Positions 1 through 10,538 of a stretch of 64,000 nucleotides of DNA are shown here, piece after piece. Source of the DNA: Pedobacter sp. Its GTDB lineage: Bacteria > Desulfobacterota > Desulfuromonadia > Desulfuromonadales > Syntrophotaleaceae. The DNA lies in NCBI GenBank assembly GCA_050253415.1, contig JBFWJC010000002.1:128001-192000 (forward strand), written 5' to 3'. The position numbers and the translations under genes are program-made. A model generated the notes under the pieces. It made no database searches. It saw only the letters and a list, made by a program, of their open reading frames with translations, and was not told the origin of the DNA. Within the stretch, counting starts at the first letter, position 1. Every line of letters starts with the position of its first letter.

Positions 1-622
1 GACGCGCCATCTCGTCGGCCGTGGCCAGCATATCGGCGCGGGTTTCTCCCGGTAATCCCAGGATCACATGCACGCATACCCGCAACCCGCGGGCTTTGGC
101 TGCCGTATAAGCTTCGAGAAAACAGGCGTAATCGTGTCCTCGGCGTAACAGGTCGAGGGTGTGGTCATGGCTGCTTTGCAGACCGAGCTCCAGCCAGAAA
201 TAGGTGCGCTTGTGATATTCTTCCAGCAGGTCCAGAACCTCTGGCGGCACGCAATCCGGGCGGGTGCCGACAGCCAGCCCCACCACGCCCTCAACGCCCA
301 GGGCCTCGTCGTACAGGGCGCGCAGCTGCGCGGGTGGCGCGAACGTATTGGAGAACGGCTGGAAATAGGCCAGAAAGTGCTTGGCCTTGTATTTGCGGAT
401 CATGATTTTCTTGCCGAGCTCAAGCTGTTCGGCCACCGGGAATCCGCGGTCGATGCCAACCGAACCGGATCCGTCCGGATCGCAGAACAGGCAGCCGGGC
501 CGATCGCGGGTGGCTCCGCGATTGGGGCAGGAAAAACCCGCATCGATGGATATCTTATGTACGCGTCCGCCGAAGCGTTGTTTCAGGTGCTGGGAAAATG
601 TAAGGTAAGGTTTCTCTTGCAT
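1..622 (-). CDS. TIGR01212/YhcC-family radical SAM protein (5' part; runs off window start)
   Basis: Manual minus-strand translation from 622: MQEKPYLTFSQHLKQRFGGRVHKISIDAGFSCPNRG...GCLFC, the N-terminus and Cys motif typical of this family; not in the ORF track because it is truncated. Confidence 0.85.
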   Translation of the reverse strand, partial: MQEKPYLTFSQHLKQRFGGRVHKISIDAGFSCPNRGATRDRPGCLFCDPDGSGSVGIDRGFPVAEQLELGKKIMIRKYKAKHFLAYFQPFSNTFAPPAQLRALYDEALGVEGVVGLAVGTRPDCVPPEVLDLLEEYHKRTYFWLELGLQSSHDHTLDLLRRGHDYACFLEAYTAAKARGLRVCVHVILGLPGETRADMLATADEMAR

Positions 623-814
623 GGGGGGACTATGCCACCAGTTTGCGCCGAGGGCAAGATGTTTGGTCCTCCCGCGGGGAATCTTCTGCTGCGATTGAAA
701 TCACCTCCTCGCCTGATATAATCCTGACGACTTTAGCGATGCTCTCTTCTTGCCTGTTGATTCCGGCGGGAAGGGCCGTTTTGGATAAGGATAGACGCCA
801 AGGGAGGTAGTATA

Positions 815-1201
815 GTGGCACGTTTGCTGGTGGTTGATGACGAACAGGATATTCGTTACCTGTTTCAATGTGAACTGGAGGAGGAGGGGTACCAGGTCGA
901 TGCGGCCGATTCGGCAGCCGAGGCCGAGCGCTTGTTGCAACAGGGAAGTTATGACCTGGTGGTACTCGATATTCAGATCGGCAGCGACAACGGTCTGGCG
1001 GTATTGCAGGATATCATCAGCCGGCAGAAGGACCTGCCGGTGATTCTGTGTACGGCCTTCAGTTGTTACAAGGAAGATTTTTCATCCTGGCTGGCCGATG
1101 GCTACGTGGTGAAAAGTTCGGATCTGACCGAGTTGAAAAAAGAGATCCAGCGTGTGTTGACCAAACGGGGTAAACTACCCAGCAGCGGGAGGCCGAACTG
1201 A
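815..1201 (+). CDS. Single-domain response regulator (CheY-like receiver)
   Basis: LLVVDDE, DLVVLD (phospho-Asp), PVILCTA, YVVKS motifs; GGGAGG RBS upstream. Confidence 0.9.
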   Translation: MARLLVVDDEQDIRYLFQCELEEEGYQVDAADSAAEAERLLQQGSYDLVVLDIQIGSDNGLAVLQDIISRQKDLPVILCTAFSCYKEDFSSWLADGYVVKSSDLTELKKEIQRVLTKRGKLPSSGRPN

Positions 1202-3720
1202 TGAAAGCCGTTATTATGGCGGGTGGATTCGGAACCCGCATGCAACCCTTGACGATTAACCTGCCCAAACCGATGATTCCGCTGGTCAATCAGCCTATCA
1301 TGAGCCACATCATCGATCTGTTGAAGCAACACGGTATCTCGGACGTGGTCATGCTGTTGTTTCACCAACCCGAGATCATCAAAAACTACTTCGGCGACGG
1401 TAGCGAGTTGGGGGTTCGCATCACCTACGTGACGCCCCTGGAGGATTTTGGCACCGCCGGCGCGGTCAAGGCGGCGGCTCCCTACCTCGACGAGCGGTTC
1501 CTTGTTATCAGCGGCGACCTGCTCACCGATTTCGATCTGACAGCGGTGTTGAAATTCCATGAGCAAAAAAAGGCTCTGGCCACCATTACTTTGACCTCCG
1601 TTGAGGACCCCTTGCAGTTTGGCGTGGTGATTACCGACCAGGAAGGTACGATTACCAAATTCCTGGAAAAACCGGGTTGGGGCGAAGTTTTTTCCGACAC
1701 CATCAATACCGGCATCTATGTTCTGGAGCCCGAAGTTCTGGACATGATTCCCGAGGAGACCAATCGCGACTGGTCCAAGGATATATTCCCGAAGATGATG
1801 GCCGAAGGCCGTCCGTTATACGGCTGCCAGCAGCAAGGTTATTGGGCGGATATAGGCAATACCGATGCGTATCTGGAGACCTGCCGGGATATTTTCCATG
1901 AACGGGCGGTGATCACGCTGCCTGAGCCGACTTTGGCCGATGCCACGCGTCGGATCTACCTCGGCACCGATACCCAGGTGGCGGAAACCGACCTGTCTTT
2001 GCTCGAAGGTATGGTGATGATCGGCGACAACAGTCAGGTGCTGGGTCGCGCGCAGCTCAAGAACTGCATCGTTGGCCGCAACTGCGTGATCGAAGACGAA
2101 GTCGAGTTGGAAAATACGATTCTGTGGGACAACGTCTATGTCAAACGGGGCTGCCGCCTGTCCGGCACCGTGGTCGGTCATCGCGTGCGTTTGGGGCGCG
2201 GGGTGGTGTCGGAAGAGGGCACCGTCATCGGTGACGAAACCGATGTCGGGGACGAGGTTTATTTGCGCAAGGACGTCAAAATCTGGCCGCGCAAGTCCAT
2301 CGAAAGCGGTTCCATCGTCAGCACCAATCTTATATGGGGCGACAAGTGGCGCAAGACCTTGTTCGACGGGGCGTCGGTCAGGGGGCTGAGCAACGTGGAA
2401 TTGTCGCCCGAATTCTGCGCCAAGCTCGGTGCGGCTTATGGCTCGGTATTGCCGCGCGACAGCTATGTGATTACCAGCCGCGATGGTCAGCGCTCGTCCC
2501 GCATGCTCAAGCGCGCCTTTCTGGGCGGGTTGCTGTCCACCGGCGTCAATGTGCGTGATATCAAACAGATTCCCCTGCCGGTCATGAGCTATAAACTTGG
2601 CACTTTCGGCGAGGTGGGCGGCGTGCATTTTCGCCAGTTTCGCGACGATCCGGCGGCTACCGAAATTCTTTTTTACGATGCCGAAGGTTTTGAAATCTCT
2701 TCGGGTACCGCCAAGTCGATCGAAAGGATCTTTTTCAAGGAAAATTTCCGGCGCGTGCACTATGCCGAACCCGGTGAAATTCGCGAACTTCCCCAGCTGA
2801 ACGATTTTTACCGAGAGGGATTCATGCGGGCCCTGGATGCCACAATGATCCGATCCTTTGCGCCCAAAGTGGTGATCGATCTGAATCATTCGCCGGCCGG
2901 CGAACTGCTCCCCGGGTTATTGACCGATCTTGGTTGCGAGGTGATCGAACTGAATTCCCACGTTGAAGCGGGGCGCAGTGCCCTTCAGCCGGAGCAGACT
3001 GCCCGCGCCATGGAGCAGTTGGCCCGCATCGTGGGTTCTCTGGAGGCCACGGCCGGATTCTGGCTCGATCCTTCCGGGGAACAGTTGCGCATGATCGACG
3101 AAGGTGGGGTGCTGCTGTCGGAGATCGAAGCTCTTGGTGTGGTGGTATCTCTGGTCAGCCGCTGTGAGCGCAACGGTACCATAGTGTTGCCGGTTTCGGC
3201 ACCGATGGCCATGGAGAGAGTTGCCCAGGAGGGGGGGCTGGTCTTTCGCTCGGTCAAGAATGATGCCCGAGCATTGCTCGAGGCGGTCTCCGAGCGTGGC
3301 GGGTTGATGACCGCGAGCATGGACGGACGATTTGCCCTGCCGTCTTTCCAGAATCATTTCGATGGCATGTTCGCGGCCGCTAAGATTGTCGAGATGCTTG
3401 GCCGCACCGGTATGACCCTCGGTAATTTGCGACGGACTTTGCCTTCCCGGGCCTATCGGCAGGTTCAGATTCCATGCAGCCGCCAGTTCAAAGGGGGCCT
3501 GATGCGTAAGATGAGTGAGCATTCGGTCAATCTGGATGCTTCGTTCATCGATGGCGTCAAGGTTCGGTTCGATGACGACTGGGTGTTGGTGTTACCCGAC
3601 CAGCACCGCCCGGTTCTGCATGTCATTGCCGATTCCCCTGATGCCCAGCGGGCCGAAAGTCTGCTCAACTGTTACAAGGACAAAGTTGAAACCTGGAAGA
3701 AGGAACTTTTACAATCCTGA
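1201..3720 (+). CDS. Sugar-phosphate nucleotidyltransferase (mannose-1-P guanylyltransferase-like) fused to left-handed beta-helix and phosphomutase-like domains
   Basis: MKAVIMAGGFGTRMQPLT..PKPM NTP-transferase signature, hexapeptide repeats, C-terminal PGM/PMM-like region (LFDGASVRG, DGVKVRF). Confidence 0.85.
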   Translation: MKAVIMAGGFGTRMQPLTINLPKPMIPLVNQPIMSHIIDLLKQHGISDVVMLLFHQPEIIKNYFGDGSELGVRITYVTPLEDFGTAGAVKAAAPYLDERFLVISGDLLTDFDLTAVLKFHEQKKALATITLTSVEDPLQFGVVITDQEGTITKFLEKPGWGEVFSDTINTGIYVLEPEVLDMIPEETNRDWSKDIFPKMMAEGRPLYGCQQQGYWADIGNTDAYLETCRDIFHERAVITLPEPTLADATRRIYLGTDTQVAETDLSLLEGMVMIGDNSQVLGRAQLKNCIVGRNCVIEDEVELENTILWDNVYVKRGCRLSGTVVGHRVRLGRGVVSEEGTVIGDETDVGDEVYLRKDVKIWPRKSIESGSIVSTNLIWGDKWRKTLFDGASVRGLSNVELSPEFCAKLGAAYGSVLPRDSYVITSRDGQRSSRMLKRAFLGGLLSTGVNVRDIKQIPLPVMSYKLGTFGEVGGVHFRQFRDDPAATEILFYDAEGFEISSGTAKSIERIFFKENFRRVHYAEPGEIRELPQLNDFYREGFMRALDATMIRSFAPKVVIDLNHSPAGELLPGLLTDLGCEVIELNSHVEAGRSALQPEQTARAMEQLARIVGSLEATAGFWLDPSGEQLRMIDEGGVLLSEIEALGVVVSLVSRCERNGTIVLPVSAPMAMERVAQEGGLVFRSVKNDARALLEAVSERGGLMTASMDGRFALPSFQNHFDGMFAAAKIVEMLGRTGMTLGNLRRTLPSRAYRQVQIPCSRQFKGGLMRKMSEHSVNLDASFIDGVKVRFDDDWVLVLPDQHRPVLHVIADSPDAQRAESLLNCYKDKVETWKKELLQS

Positions 3721-3742
3721 CAGGAATGCAAAAAGCTGCTCT

Positions 3743-3813
3743 TTCACCGCGGAGAACGCTAAACGTTTTAAGTCATTGGTTTTCTTTGCGATCTCAGCGG
3801 TCTCTGCGGTAAA
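3743..3813. repeat. Imperfect palindromic intergenic repeat
   Basis: TTCACCGCGGAGAACGCT ... AGCGGTCTCTGCGGTAAA arms are largely complementary. Confidence 0.55.
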
Positions 3814-3946
3814 TCGGTATTTTGTATTATTCATGGCCCGGATAAGGACGCGGGACTGGTCTTTCAGGGACGCAATGCTCACCATAACCCAGCTGTGATA
3901 CCTGCAAAGGCAAAAAGGAGGTTGAAAGCATCTGCTGAAAACGCCT

Positions 3947-6040
3947 GTGAAACCCTTGAACATTGCCGTGATATGGCATATGCATCAGCCCGACTACCGG
4001 GATCCCTTGCAGGATGAAGTGCTGCTTCCGTGGGCTTTTCTGCACGCGGTAAAGGATTACGGGGATATGCTGCAGGTCGCCCTTGATCATGGTGCCCGCG
4101 TGACCTTTAACCTGGTTCCTACTCTCGTGGAGCAGTTGCAGGGGTATGCCTCCGGTACCTTGCGTGATCGTTGGATCGACCTCGCAAGCCGGGATCCCGA
4201 GGCCTTCGGTGATGGGGAGCGGGCCTTTCTGGTGGAGGCGTTTTTTTCCGTTCACGCCGAGCGGCACATACAGCCTTATGCCCGCTATCGTGAGTTGGCG
4301 ACGCTGCGTGAGCTGGGGGACGGCTTTGCCTGGCAGCGGTTTTCAGTCCAGGACCTGCGCGATTTGCAGGTCTGGTTTTTACTGGCCTGGGCAGGGCATT
4401 ATCTGCGCCAGGAATCAGCGGTGGTGAAGGATCTCCTGGTTAAAGGCAGGCATTTCGACGAGCAGGATAAACAGCGCTTACTGCAAACCTATCAGCAGGT
4501 TGTGCAGGGGATTCTCACTCGTTACCGGCAGGCTGAAACCGCTGCGTCGGTCGAGTTATCCGTGACGCCGTACGCGCATCCCATTTTGCCTTTGCTATGC
4601 GATACCAGCGAAGCTTCCCAGGCCCGGCCCGGCGTTCATCTGCCCGATACGCCTTTCCGCTTTCCGGAAGATGCCCGGCGTCATACCCGCTTGGGTTTGC
4701 AATGCGCGCGTGATGTTTTTGGCCCTGGCCAGCGTGGCGTCTGGCCGGCTGAAGGCGGATTAAGCGACGCGGCAGTGCGCATTCTGATTGAAGAGGGGGC
4801 GCGCTGGGCGGCCAGTGACGAAGCGCTGTTGGATAAATCATTGCCTGGCGGCCTGGGCGATCGCAGTCGCCTCTACCGATCCTACAGTCTGGCCGGGTTG
4901 CCGCTGTTGTTCAGGGATCGGGAACTGTCGGATCGCATCGGATTTGTGTATGCTTCCTGGCCTGCACGGGATGCGGCGGCTGACCTGCTTGAGCGTCTGC
5001 GGGCGTTGGCAAAGCAGGCGCCGGGCGGTCTGGTGGCTTTGATTCTGGATGGGGAAAACTGCTGGGAACGTTACGAGGACAACGGCTATCCCTTTTTGAA
5101 GGCCTTTTATCAGGGGATTGCAGACGATCCGGTGTTGCAGACCGTTACTGTCAGCGAGGCGCTGGCAGAGCATAAACCCGAGCCCCTGCCACGTTTGGCG
5201 CCCGGCTCCTGGATTAATGGCGATTTTGATGTCTGGATCGGGCATCCGGAGGAAAACCGGGCCTGGGAATGGTTGGGAGAGGCGCGGCGTGCGCTACAGG
5301 AAGTGGATGACGATCTGCGGGCGACAGCCTTGCCGCACCTGTTGAGGGCCGAAGGCAGTGACTGGTTCTGGTGGTTTGGCGAACATCACCAGACCCAGCA
5401 GGCCGGTACCTTCGATCAGCTGTTCCGCCATCACTTGCAGGCTTTGTACCGCGCGGTGAAACGGCCGGTGCCGGGTTATCTCAGTTACCCTTTGCGGGCT
5501 CCGCAACGTCGCAGTCGCGTATGGGAGCCGACCAGCCTGGTGTGCCCGGTTATCGATGGTCAGGTTACCGATTATTTTGAGTGGCTGGGGGCAGGCAGTG
5601 TCGAGTTGGCTGCGGGCGGCGCCATGCACGATACCAGTTTCGATCTGGTGGGATTTTATTACGGGTATGATGAAAAATATTTTTATCTGCGGTTTGATTT
5701 TCGACAACCCATGGAGCGCTTGACCGGAGCGGGGGGGGAACTGTTTCTGCAGGTACAGACCGATTTCCCCTGGGTTGCCCGCCTGGTTGCAGGCTCTCAT
5801 CGCACGGTGGTTCGACGGGCCTCCGGGGAGGGTGGGGCCGTTTACGCTCCGGGAGCTTGTGCATCCGTTGCCGAACTGGCCCTGCCGTTGGACTTGCTGA
5901 AGCTTGCGCCAGGGGATCGCCTGATTCTGAGCTGGCAGTTGCTGTCCTCCGGCCGTGAATTGGCCCACTGGCCTTCTGACGGGCCGTTGACCTTGACCTA
6001 CTTTGGTACCGACCTGGATGTCCGGCAGTGGCCGCTCTGA
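3947..6040 (+). CDS. Glycoside hydrolase family 57 (amylopullulanase-like)
   Basis: WHMHQP, TPYAHPILPLL, GVWPAEG, LDGENCWE, AEGSDWFWW conserved GH57 regions. Confidence 0.9.
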   Translation: MKPLNIAVIWHMHQPDYRDPLQDEVLLPWAFLHAVKDYGDMLQVALDHGARVTFNLVPTLVEQLQGYASGTLRDRWIDLASRDPEAFGDGERAFLVEAFFSVHAERHIQPYARYRELATLRELGDGFAWQRFSVQDLRDLQVWFLLAWAGHYLRQESAVVKDLLVKGRHFDEQDKQRLLQTYQQVVQGILTRYRQAETAASVELSVTPYAHPILPLLCDTSEASQARPGVHLPDTPFRFPEDARRHTRLGLQCARDVFGPGQRGVWPAEGGLSDAAVRILIEEGARWAASDEALLDKSLPGGLGDRSRLYRSYSLAGLPLLFRDRELSDRIGFVYASWPARDAAADLLERLRALAKQAPGGLVALILDGENCWERYEDNGYPFLKAFYQGIADDPVLQTVTVSEALAEHKPEPLPRLAPGSWINGDFDVWIGHPEENRAWEWLGEARRALQEVDDDLRATALPHLLRAEGSDWFWWFGEHHQTQQAGTFDQLFRHHLQALYRAVKRPVPGYLSYPLRAPQRRSRVWEPTSLVCPVIDGQVTDYFEWLGAGSVELAAGGAMHDTSFDLVGFYYGYDEKYFYLRFDFRQPMERLTGAGGELFLQVQTDFPWVARLVAGSHRTVVRRASGEGGAVYAPGACASVAELALPLDLLKLAPGDRLILSWQLLSSGRELAHWPSDGPLTLTYFGTDLDVRQWPL

Positions 6041-6076
6041 GTCCGTGCATGGTTTTGCAGGAAAGGAGTTGTACCC

Positions 6077-7105
6077 TTGTCCGAATTACGTTGGGATCCA
6101 ATTATCGATAATTGGGTTGTGATTGCCAAAGCGCGCGGACGGCGTCCCGTCGATTTCATTACCGAGCGCAGGCACATCGAAAGCATTGCGTGTCCCTTTT
6201 GCTACGGAAACGAGGGAAAGACGCCGGCGGAGGTTTATGCCTTGCGTCCTGACGCAAGCCCGCCGAATCAGCCCGGCTGGCGGGTGCGGGTCATCCCGAA
6301 CAAGTACCCCATGTTGCGTATCGAAGGGCAGCTCGAGTTGCGCGGCGAAGGGTTGTACGATGTCATGAACGGCATCGGCGCGCATGAGGTGATTATCGAG
6401 ACCCCGGATCATGCACGGCATCCTGCCGACCTGCGTGCGGGGGAATTGGCCGACGTGTTTCGCGCTTTTCGCTCCCGCCTCATCGACCTGCGGCGGGACA
6501 AGCGTTTTCGGCACATTGTCATCTACAAGAACCATGGGGTGGAAGCCGGTGCGACCATTCCTCACAACCATAGCCAGTTGCTGGCCTTGCCTATCATTCC
6601 ATCGCAGATGCGCACCGCCCTGCGCTCCAGTCGTGACTACTTTCACCGCAAGGAACGTTGTCTGATGTGCGATCTCCTGGCGCAAGAACTGGCCGACGGC
6701 TCACGTTTGGTCCGGGTTGATAGCGAATTTGCGGTATTTGCCCCGTTTGCCTCGCGGCACCCGTTCAGCTTGCGCATCGTGCCCCGACGCCACAGTCACG
6801 ATTTTGCCTTGTTGACCGATCAGATGTTGCATGCATTGGGAGAGACCATGCACGATGTGATGGTCCGATTACGAACGGTACTTCGCGATCCGCCGTTTAA
6901 TCTGGTGCTGCATAATGCGCCGTCCGCTTTGCCGCGAGCGGGGCGGCCCGATTGCTGGAGCTCGCTCAGTTGCGACTATCACTGGTATTTTGAACTTGTT
7001 CCCAAAATCATGGAGCCGGCCGGATTCGAGTGGGGAACCGGGTTTTTCATCAACCCCACGCCACCTGAAGATGCGGCGCGTTATCTGCGGGAAGCGGTCG
7101 TTTGA
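6077..7105 (+). CDS. galT: GalT-family nucleotidyltransferase (galactose-1-P uridylyltransferase / ADP-glucose phosphorylase-like)
   Basis: SELRWDP, CPFC, RVIPNKYP, GAHEVIIE, HNHSQ (HxHxQ) motif. Confidence 0.85.
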   Translation: MSELRWDPIIDNWVVIAKARGRRPVDFITERRHIESIACPFCYGNEGKTPAEVYALRPDASPPNQPGWRVRVIPNKYPMLRIEGQLELRGEGLYDVMNGIGAHEVIIETPDHARHPADLRAGELADVFRAFRSRLIDLRRDKRFRHIVIYKNHGVEAGATIPHNHSQLLALPIIPSQMRTALRSSRDYFHRKERCLMCDLLAQELADGSRLVRVDSEFAVFAPFASRHPFSLRIVPRRHSHDFALLTDQMLHALGETMHDVMVRLRTVLRDPPFNLVLHNAPSALPRAGRPDCWSSLSCDYHWYFELVPKIMEPAGFEWGTGFFINPTPPEDAARYLREAVV

Positions 7106-7109
7106 TAAT

Positions 7110-7143
7110 CAAGCTATAAGCTTCAAGCTGTAAGCCGTAAGTT
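7110..7143. repeat. Degenerate heptamer tandem repeat (AAGCTNT-like)
   Basis: caagctataagcttcaagctgtaagccgtaagtt, period 7. Confidence 0.5.
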
Positions 7144-7194
7144 ACCAGGCAAGAGCCATTAGTTATCCAGAAAGGTAATTTTATTAATATCGCC

Positions 7195-10100
7195 ATGGCC
7201 GAATCCTACCATTACCTGTTATCGCCGGTCCCCGGTGCCGAGCCGTATTTTCCCCTTTCTTTTCAGATGAGCGCGCTTGCACGACAGCAACTGGAGCTGC
7301 CTCTTTTTCCGGTCGGTGCCTCGCGGCTCTATCGGTTGCGCACGGTGGCCGATCGTTTGCGGCAGCGCCGACCCGACCCATTGTGCAGCGCGGGGCGTCT
7401 TGAGCTGCTTGCGGTACTCAGCGGCGTACTGCGCTATCTGGCACACCGGCATTTGTTGGCGCGGAACTGTAACGCAGCAGTGGATGGGGTTGAAATTGCC
7501 GATCAAACCGTACAGCTTCCGGGGCTGCGGCGCAGTCAGGAGGAATTCGTCCGGCTGTTTCCGGCACAATCAGTTCTGGACGGTATGGAACCCCGGACTT
7601 TTCTATACGGACCTGCAGGCGCCAATGGCCGCCAGCAGACGCTGCTCGAATTGCTGGTGCTGTCGGTGCAGACGGCCAATCCTGCGGCGCAGGTATTCTG
7701 CGATCTGTTTGACGATGGCGAATTGTCGCAACGTGCCCCGTACCGAGCCACCCTTCATGCCCTGGATCGGTGCCTGCGTCAGGCGCCGGCTACCGGACCC
7801 CTGGACCAACCGCTGCTGGAGTTGCTGCTGGCGCCCATCAAGGCCGCACCCGACAGTCTCGAGGGACAAGTACGGTATGTGCGGGCGCATTGGCAGGGGC
7901 TGCTGCCTGCCGATCTGCTGGAAGCCATCGATCGGGGACTGGCAGTGCGCGCGGAAGAGGTGCAGATGCGTGGGGGCGGCCCCGGGGCATTCCGGCTGCC
8001 GGAGTATCCGGCGTCTGTGGCGATGGAGGAGGAACGGTTTTCTTCGGACAGCGACTGGATGTCCGACCTGGTGCTGCTGGCCAAGTCGGTGCACGTCTGG
8101 TTCGACCAGCTGTCCCGTCAGTACGGCCGCCCCGTGACCCGTCTATGCGAGATCCCCGATGAGGAGTTGAACCTTTTGGCGCGTCGCGGTTTTACCGGTC
8201 TGTGGTTGATCGGTATCTGGGAGCGCTCCCCGGCTTCCCGCCAGATCAAGCGTTTGCGTGGCAACCCGGAAGCAGAAGCCTCGGCCTATGCCTTGTTTGA
8301 CTACCGGGTGGCCGATGAGCTCGGCGGTCAGGCGGATCTGGACAATCTGGATTGGCGTTGCAAGCAACGCGGCATCCGCCTGGCTTGCGATGTGGTGCCG
8401 AATCACACCGGTATCGATTCGCGCTGGATGCATGAGCATCCCGACTGGTTTGTGCAGGTGCCGCATCCGCCCTATCCGAGCTACCGGTTCAGCGGTCCCG
8501 ATCTGTCCACCGGCGGATCTGTAAGTCTTTTTCTGGAAGACGGATACTGGGACCACAGCGATGCAGCGGTGGTGTTCAAACGGGTCGATCACCACACCGG
8601 CGAGGTACGCTACATCTACCATGGCAACGACGGTACCCATCTTCCGTGGAACGATACGGCTCAGCTGAATTTTCTGCTGCCTCAGGTGCGCGAAGCCATG
8701 ATCCGCACCATCATCGAGGTGGCGCGCACGTTTCGCGTGATCCGTTTCGATGCCGCCATGACCTTGGCCAAAAAGCATTTCCAGCGTCTCTGGTTCCCCT
8801 TGCCCGGCGGCGGCGCGGGGGTGCCCTCACGGGCGGAACACAGCATGAGCAGCGAGGACTTCGAGCGGCTGTTTCCGCTGGAGTTCTGGCGCGAGGTGGT
8901 CGATCGGGTTGCCGCCGAGGTGCCCGATACCCTGCTGCTGGCCGAGGCTTTCTGGTTGATGGAGAGCTATTTCGTACGCACCCTTGGTATGCACCGGGTG
9001 TATAACAGCGCCTTCATGCACATGATGAAACAGGAAGATAACGGCAAGTACCGCCAGTTGCTCAAAAAGACCCTGGCCTTCAACCCGGAGATCCTCAAAC
9101 GGTTCGTTAATTTCATGAACAACCCTGACGAAGCCACCGCCGTCGAGCAGTTCGGCAAGGGTGACAAATATTTCGGCGTGGCCGTGCTGTTGGCGACGCT
9201 GCCGGGCCTGCCCATGTTCGGGCACGGACAGGTGGAAGGCTTCCGGGAAAAATACGGCATGGAGTTTCGCCGTGCTTACCTGCAGGAAGAGGTGGACCAG
9301 GGATTTGTGGACCATCACGAGAGGTTGATTTGCCCGTTATTGCACAGGCGCGCGCTGTTCAGCGGCGCGGAACATTTTGCCCTGTACGATTTTATGACCG
9401 ACGGTGCGGTGAACGAAGATGTGCTGGCTTACAGCAATCGACGCGGCGACCAGCGGGCGCTGGTGGTGTATCACAACCGCTCCGGGCAAACCGGTGGTTG
9501 GCTGAGAGGTGCCTGCCCCAGTGCCGTCGCAGAGCATGATATTCCTGGCACGCTGGCCGGGGCCCTGGCCTTGCAGACCGGGGGCGGGGGCTTCTACCGT
9601 TTCCGCGATCATTGCAGCGGGCTGCACTATCTGCGTTCCGCCCGGGAATTGGCTGAACAGGGGTTGTTCGTAACCCTGGGTCCCTATGAGGCGCATGTTT
9701 TCCTCGATTTTGTCGAGCTGGTCGATGCTGATGGCAGCTGGCGACGTTTGTGGCAACGGCTCGACGGACGTCCGGTGGCCGATCTCGACGGGGAGTTCCT
9801 CCGGTTGCGTCATGCCGAGCTGTTGCAGTCCCTGGAACAACTGCTTGCTGCCGGTGCGGACTTCCCCCGAATGGATGCCGTGGGGCAGGCTATCGCTTTG
9901 CAGCGGTATGCCGCTTTTCTGCAGTGCTTGCAGCACGATCTCGGTCTGACCGGTGACAGCGAAACGTTGGAAAAGGTTCTACAGCGGCAACTGTTGCTGG
10001 CTGCCGATCTGCCGGATGCAGTAACCCCCTGTATCCGCGACGTATTGTGGTCCTGCCTGGTGCTGTATCCCCTGGCCGGGCCTCACCGTCCCGCCAGCAT

Positions 10101-10485
10101 GAATGACTGGTTGGAACATTCAATATTCGACGAGGTCGTGACCGCTCAGTGGCCTGATGCCAGCGCTGCCGAAAACCGGGCCCTTTTGCAGTTGTTGATT
10201 CAACACCGGGGTTGCGGCGCGGCGGACACCGAAGGCTGGCTGCGAGCATTGCTCGATGAGCGGGATGTCCGGGAGTTTCTGCTGGTGCATCGCTACCAGG
10301 ATTGCGACTGGTTCAATCGCGAGCGGCTGGTGCAGCTGGTAACCGGACTGGTTGTTACCGCGTTCCTGACCGGTGAGGAGCCTGCCGTAGATACGTTTGC
10401 AGGCGATGCACAGACCATCGCTGCTATTCTTGCCAAGGCCGAGCAGGCCGGCTACGATCTGGAAAAATTCCGCAACCTCGTTTAA
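7195..10485 (+). CDS. Alpha-amylase family (GH13) glycosyl hydrolase
   Basis: DVVPNHTG, IRFDAAM, LLAEAFW, FMNNPDE conserved GH13 regions. Confidence 0.85.
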   Translation: MAESYHYLLSPVPGAEPYFPLSFQMSALARQQLELPLFPVGASRLYRLRTVADRLRQRRPDPLCSAGRLELLAVLSGVLRYLAHRHLLARNCNAAVDGVEIADQTVQLPGLRRSQEEFVRLFPAQSVLDGMEPRTFLYGPAGANGRQQTLLELLVLSVQTANPAAQVFCDLFDDGELSQRAPYRATLHALDRCLRQAPATGPLDQPLLELLLAPIKAAPDSLEGQVRYVRAHWQGLLPADLLEAIDRGLAVRAEEVQMRGGGPGAFRLPEYPASVAMEEERFSSDSDWMSDLVLLAKSVHVWFDQLSRQYGRPVTRLCEIPDEELNLLARRGFTGLWLIGIWERSPASRQIKRLRGNPEAEASAYALFDYRVADELGGQADLDNLDWRCKQRGIRLACDVVPNHTGIDSRWMHEHPDWFVQVPHPPYPSYRFSGPDLSTGGSVSLFLEDGYWDHSDAAVVFKRVDHHTGEVRYIYHGNDGTHLPWNDTAQLNFLLPQVREAMIRTIIEVARTFRVIRFDAAMTLAKKHFQRLWFPLPGGGAGVPSRAEHSMSSEDFERLFPLEFWREVVDRVAAEVPDTLLLAEAFWLMESYFVRTLGMHRVYNSAFMHMMKQEDNGKYRQLLKKTLAFNPEILKRFVNFMNNPDEATAVEQFGKGDKYFGVAVLLATLPGLPMFGHGQVEGFREKYGMEFRRAYLQEEVDQGFVDHHERLICPLLHRRALFSGAEHFALYDFMTDGAVNEDVLAYSNRRGDQRALVVYHNRSGQTGGWLRGACPSAVAEHDIPGTLAGALALQTGGGGFYRFRDHCSGLHYLRSARELAEQGLFVTLGPYEAHVFLDFVELVDADGSWRRLWQRLDGRPVADLDGEFLRLRHAELLQSLEQLLAAGADFPRMDAVGQAIALQRYAAFLQCLQHDLGLTGDSETLEKVLQRQLLLAADLPDAVTPCIRDVLWSCLVLYPLAGPHRPASMNDWLEHSIFDEVVTAQWPDASAAENRALLQLLIQHRGCGAADTEGWLRALLDERDVREFLLVHRYQDCDWFNRERLVQLVTGLVVTAFLTGEEPAVDTFAGDAQTIAAILAKAEQAGYDLEKFRNLV

Positions 10486-10538
10486 AGTAGTTTTTTTGCC
10501 GGGTTTCCGGAACCCTTCCGAAACAAAGGAATTGCGTT

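Noticed and set aside
161..721. 186-aa + strand ORF and other long antisense ORFs (e.g. 1816-2889, 10482-11981, 21855-23702, 40451-41713, 51920-53158)
   Set aside because: Shadow frames of well-supported genes on the opposite strand in GC-rich DNA
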